Source: Verrucomicrobiota bacterium (GTDB lineage: Bacteria; Verrucomicrobiota; Verrucomicrobiia; Limisphaerales; UBA11358). From it: a stretch of DNA of 64,000 bases. The notes below the pieces were generated by a model. It ran no database searches and was not told the origin of the DNA. It saw nothing but the letters and a program-made list of their open reading frames with translations. This document shows positions 62,170 through 64,000 of this stretch, piece after piece (position 1 is the first letter of the stretch; every line of letters begins with the position of its first letter). A program made the translations under genes and the position numbers. Where the stretch lies: NCBI GenBank assembly GCA_049511835.1, contig JBEKXN010000008.1, positions 42,090 through 106,089 on the forward strand, given 5' to 3'.

Positions 62170-64000
62170 ATGCTCCCCGGACGGACCATGTGGAACCGAT
62201 TCCCAGTCTATTTCGGCCGGTGGATGTTTTGGCTGGGATTTTTTCTGTCCTGCACGGCCCTGGCGGCGGATGCTCCTGTCTCCGAATCCAAAGTCACCGT
62301 GGCCCCGGCCGGAGCCTGGGTGAAACCCAATTTCTTCGACCGCGCGTTGCAGTATGCCCCGGTGCCGGCCGGTGAAAACGAACGCTGGCTGTTGCTGGAA
62401 ACGGAAATCAACGTTCCCGAAAGTGCGACCTTCTGCCATCTGGTAAAACAAATCAGCAGTTATGCCGGCATGCAGAACGGCGCGCAAATCTCCCTTGATT
62501 TTGACCCCAGCTATGAATCGCTGCAACTGCACTGGGTGAGGATCTGGCGCGGCACGAATTTTCTCAACCAACTCGACCGGGACAAGATCAAAATCATCCA
62601 GCAGGAGCGCGATCTGGAACAGCATGAACTCAATGGCCAGTATTCCGCGATTCTGGTGCTGGAGGATGTCCGCGTGGGCGACGTCATTGATTACGCCTTT
62701 ACCTTCCAGGGGGACAACCCGGTCTTTGGCGGCCGGTTCGCGCGCTCCATTCAGCTTCAATCCGAAGAGCCGATTGGACGCCTTCGAACCCGGCTGCTCT
62801 GGCCGGCGAAAAAGCGGCTCTATGTAAAAAATCACGGAACCAGCGCGCAACCGGTGATCATTCGTGGCAAGGAAGTCACCGAATACTGCTGGGATTCGAG
62901 CCGGGTTCCGGGGCTGTCTTTGGAAGATTCCCTGCCGGATTGGTATGAATGCCGGCCGTGGGTGCAGTTGAGCGACTTCCAAACCTGGGACGAAGTCAAC
63001 CAATGGGCGCTGACGCTTTTCCCAAACGGTTCCGTTTTGTCGCCGGAGTTTTCCCAAAGACTCGATGCGTGGCGGCGCATGGCCAACCCGGAGGAACGGG
63101 TCCTGGCCGTCCTGCGCTTTGTCCAGGATGAAGTGCGTTATTTCGGAATTGAAATGGGCGAAAAATCCCACAAACCCTCGGACCCCTCCACGGTTTGCAA
63201 CCGGCGATTCGGCGACTGCAAAGACAAGTCGTTTCTGTTCGTCACCGCCCTGCGGGCGTTGGGCATCGAAGCCTGGCCGGTGCTGGTCAACACCTCCGAA
63301 CGCCGCACCCTCGATCAATGGCAGCCGTCGCCGCTGGCTTTCGATCATGTCATTGCGGCGGTGCGCCTGGACGGCCAGCTTCGCTGGTTCGATCCGACGA
63401 TCAATTACCAGCGCGGGCCGCTGTCCGTCCGTTACCTGCCTGATTACGAGCGCGGCCTGATCATCAGCCCGAAAACCACCGGCCTGACCGTCATTACCAA
63501 CACCAGTGCCGACCAGAGTCTGACCAGCGTGAGTGAATACTTTCAATTGCGCGGCCGGGATGAACCCGCCGATCTAAAAGTCGTGACCGTGGCCACCGGT
63601 GGCGACGCGGACGCCCTGCGGGAACAGTTCGCCACCAACGGCCGGGACAAAATCCAGAAGAGCTACCAGGATTTTTATTCCCATTACTATCCGCAGATCA
63701 AAATTGCGCAGCCTGTTCAGTTCGCCGATGACGAACAGCAAAACCGGATCGAGATGACCGAGTTTTACACCGTTGAAAAAATGTGGACGCGGTCCGCCAA
63801 CGACAAACGGTTCTGGTGTGAATTCTTCCCGCATACGATCACCAGCCTCCTGTATCAAAAACCAAGGGACAAGGACCGGTCGATGCCGCTGGCCCTGGAA
63901 TTTCCCGAACACCGGATTTTCCGCGCCGAGGTGGCTTTGCCGGGAGTCTGGCCGGCGGACAAACGGAACAAAACGATTTCCGACCCCGCGTTTTTCTTTC
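62170..64000 (+). CDS. DUF3857-like N-terminal domain plus transglutaminase-like cysteine protease-fold protein; 3' end cut by window edge
   Basis: Own translation from ATG 62170 (first start after in-frame TGA at 62113): MLPGRTMWNRFPVYFGRWMFWLGFFLSCTALAADAP... RFGDCKDKSFLFVTALRALGIEAWPVLV (Cys), FDHVIAAV (His), WFDPT (Asp). Open to 64000, hence not in the ORF track. Confidence 0.7.
   Translation, partial: MLPGRTMWNRFPVYFGRWMFWLGFFLSCTALAADAPVSESKVTVAPAGAWVKPNFFDRALQYAPVPAGENERWLLLETEINVPESATFCHLVKQISSYAGMQNGAQISLDFDPSYESLQLHWVRIWRGTNFLNQLDRDKIKIIQQERDLEQHELNGQYSAILVLEDVRVGDVIDYAFTFQGDNPVFGGRFARSIQLQSEEPIGRLRTRLLWPAKKRLYVKNHGTSAQPVIIRGKEVTEYCWDSSRVPGLSLEDSLPDWYECRPWVQLSDFQTWDEVNQWALTLFPNGSVLSPEFSQRLDAWRRMANPEERVLAVLRFVQDEVRYFGIEMGEKSHKPSDPSTVCNRRFGDCKDKSFLFVTALRALGIEAWPVLVNTSERRTLDQWQPSPLAFDHVIAAVRLDGQLRWFDPTINYQRGPLSVRYLPDYERGLIISPKTTGLTVITNTSADQSLTSVSEYFQLRGRDEPADLKVVTVATGGDADALREQFATNGRDKIQKSYQDFYSHYYPQIKIAQPVQFADDEQQNRIEMTEFYTVEKMWTRSANDKRFWCEFFPHTITSLLYQKPRDKDRSMPLALEFPEHRIFRAEVALPGVWPADKRNKTISDPAFFF

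Overview
64-kb window of a high-GC (about 60%) bacterial chromosome. The protein styles and the abundant hairpin-ended intergenic repeats suggest a PVC-group, Verrucomicrobia-like organism, but this is inference only because no database search was possible. All product calls come from motifs read in the translated ORFs.

Layout:
- 1-8.3 kb: mntH/mntR, a uronate/pectin catabolic set (eda, DUF4861-like, kduD, kduI), and ilvB with a Val-rich leader-peptide attenuator.
- 8.3-16.6 kb: two OPA-type MFS transporters, a secreted tail-fibre-like protein with an S74 intramolecular-chaperone domain, and a CE15-like esterase.
- 16.9-21 kb: housekeeping block rplI-ssb-rpsF-pth-rplY-prs, with no rpsR and with long K/E/A/P tails on L9 and L25.
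- 21.4-33.4 kb: an aldo/keto reductase, then skp, a 2011-aa SBBP/Ig/RCC1 surface protein wedged between bamA and skp, bamA, and dnaB.
- About 32.8-36.9 kb: low-GC island. It starts inside the 5' third of dnaB and carries a triple-ubiquitin-like/E2-like fusion protein, a divergent XRE + ImmA/IrrE pair, and a membrane-anchored protein. No E1, JAB or integrase is present.
- 36.9-40.9 kb: MFS transporter, hemW, csp, and a receiver-like protein.
- 40.9-59.4 kb: LysR-associated redox cluster mvhD-metF-(split glutamate-synthase-like genes)-hdrC-hdrB-hdrA/gltD megafusion-mvhD-metV. The genes are separated by about 147-bp MITE-like elements.
- 59.4-61.7 kb: second low-GC islet with a truncated kinase-like gene, a HigB/HigA-type toxin-antitoxin pair, and a degenerate ORF6N gene.
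- 62.2 kb to the window end: DUF3857/transglutaminase-like gene, open at the edge.

Most interesting candidates: the Hdr/MetFV/GOGAT-like composite cluster, and the orphan multi-Ubl/E2-like island fused to a compositionally mosaic dnaB.

No rRNA, tRNA or CRISPR array was recognised by eye. Many long ORFs in the track are antisense or out-of-frame artefacts of high GC and were not annotated.
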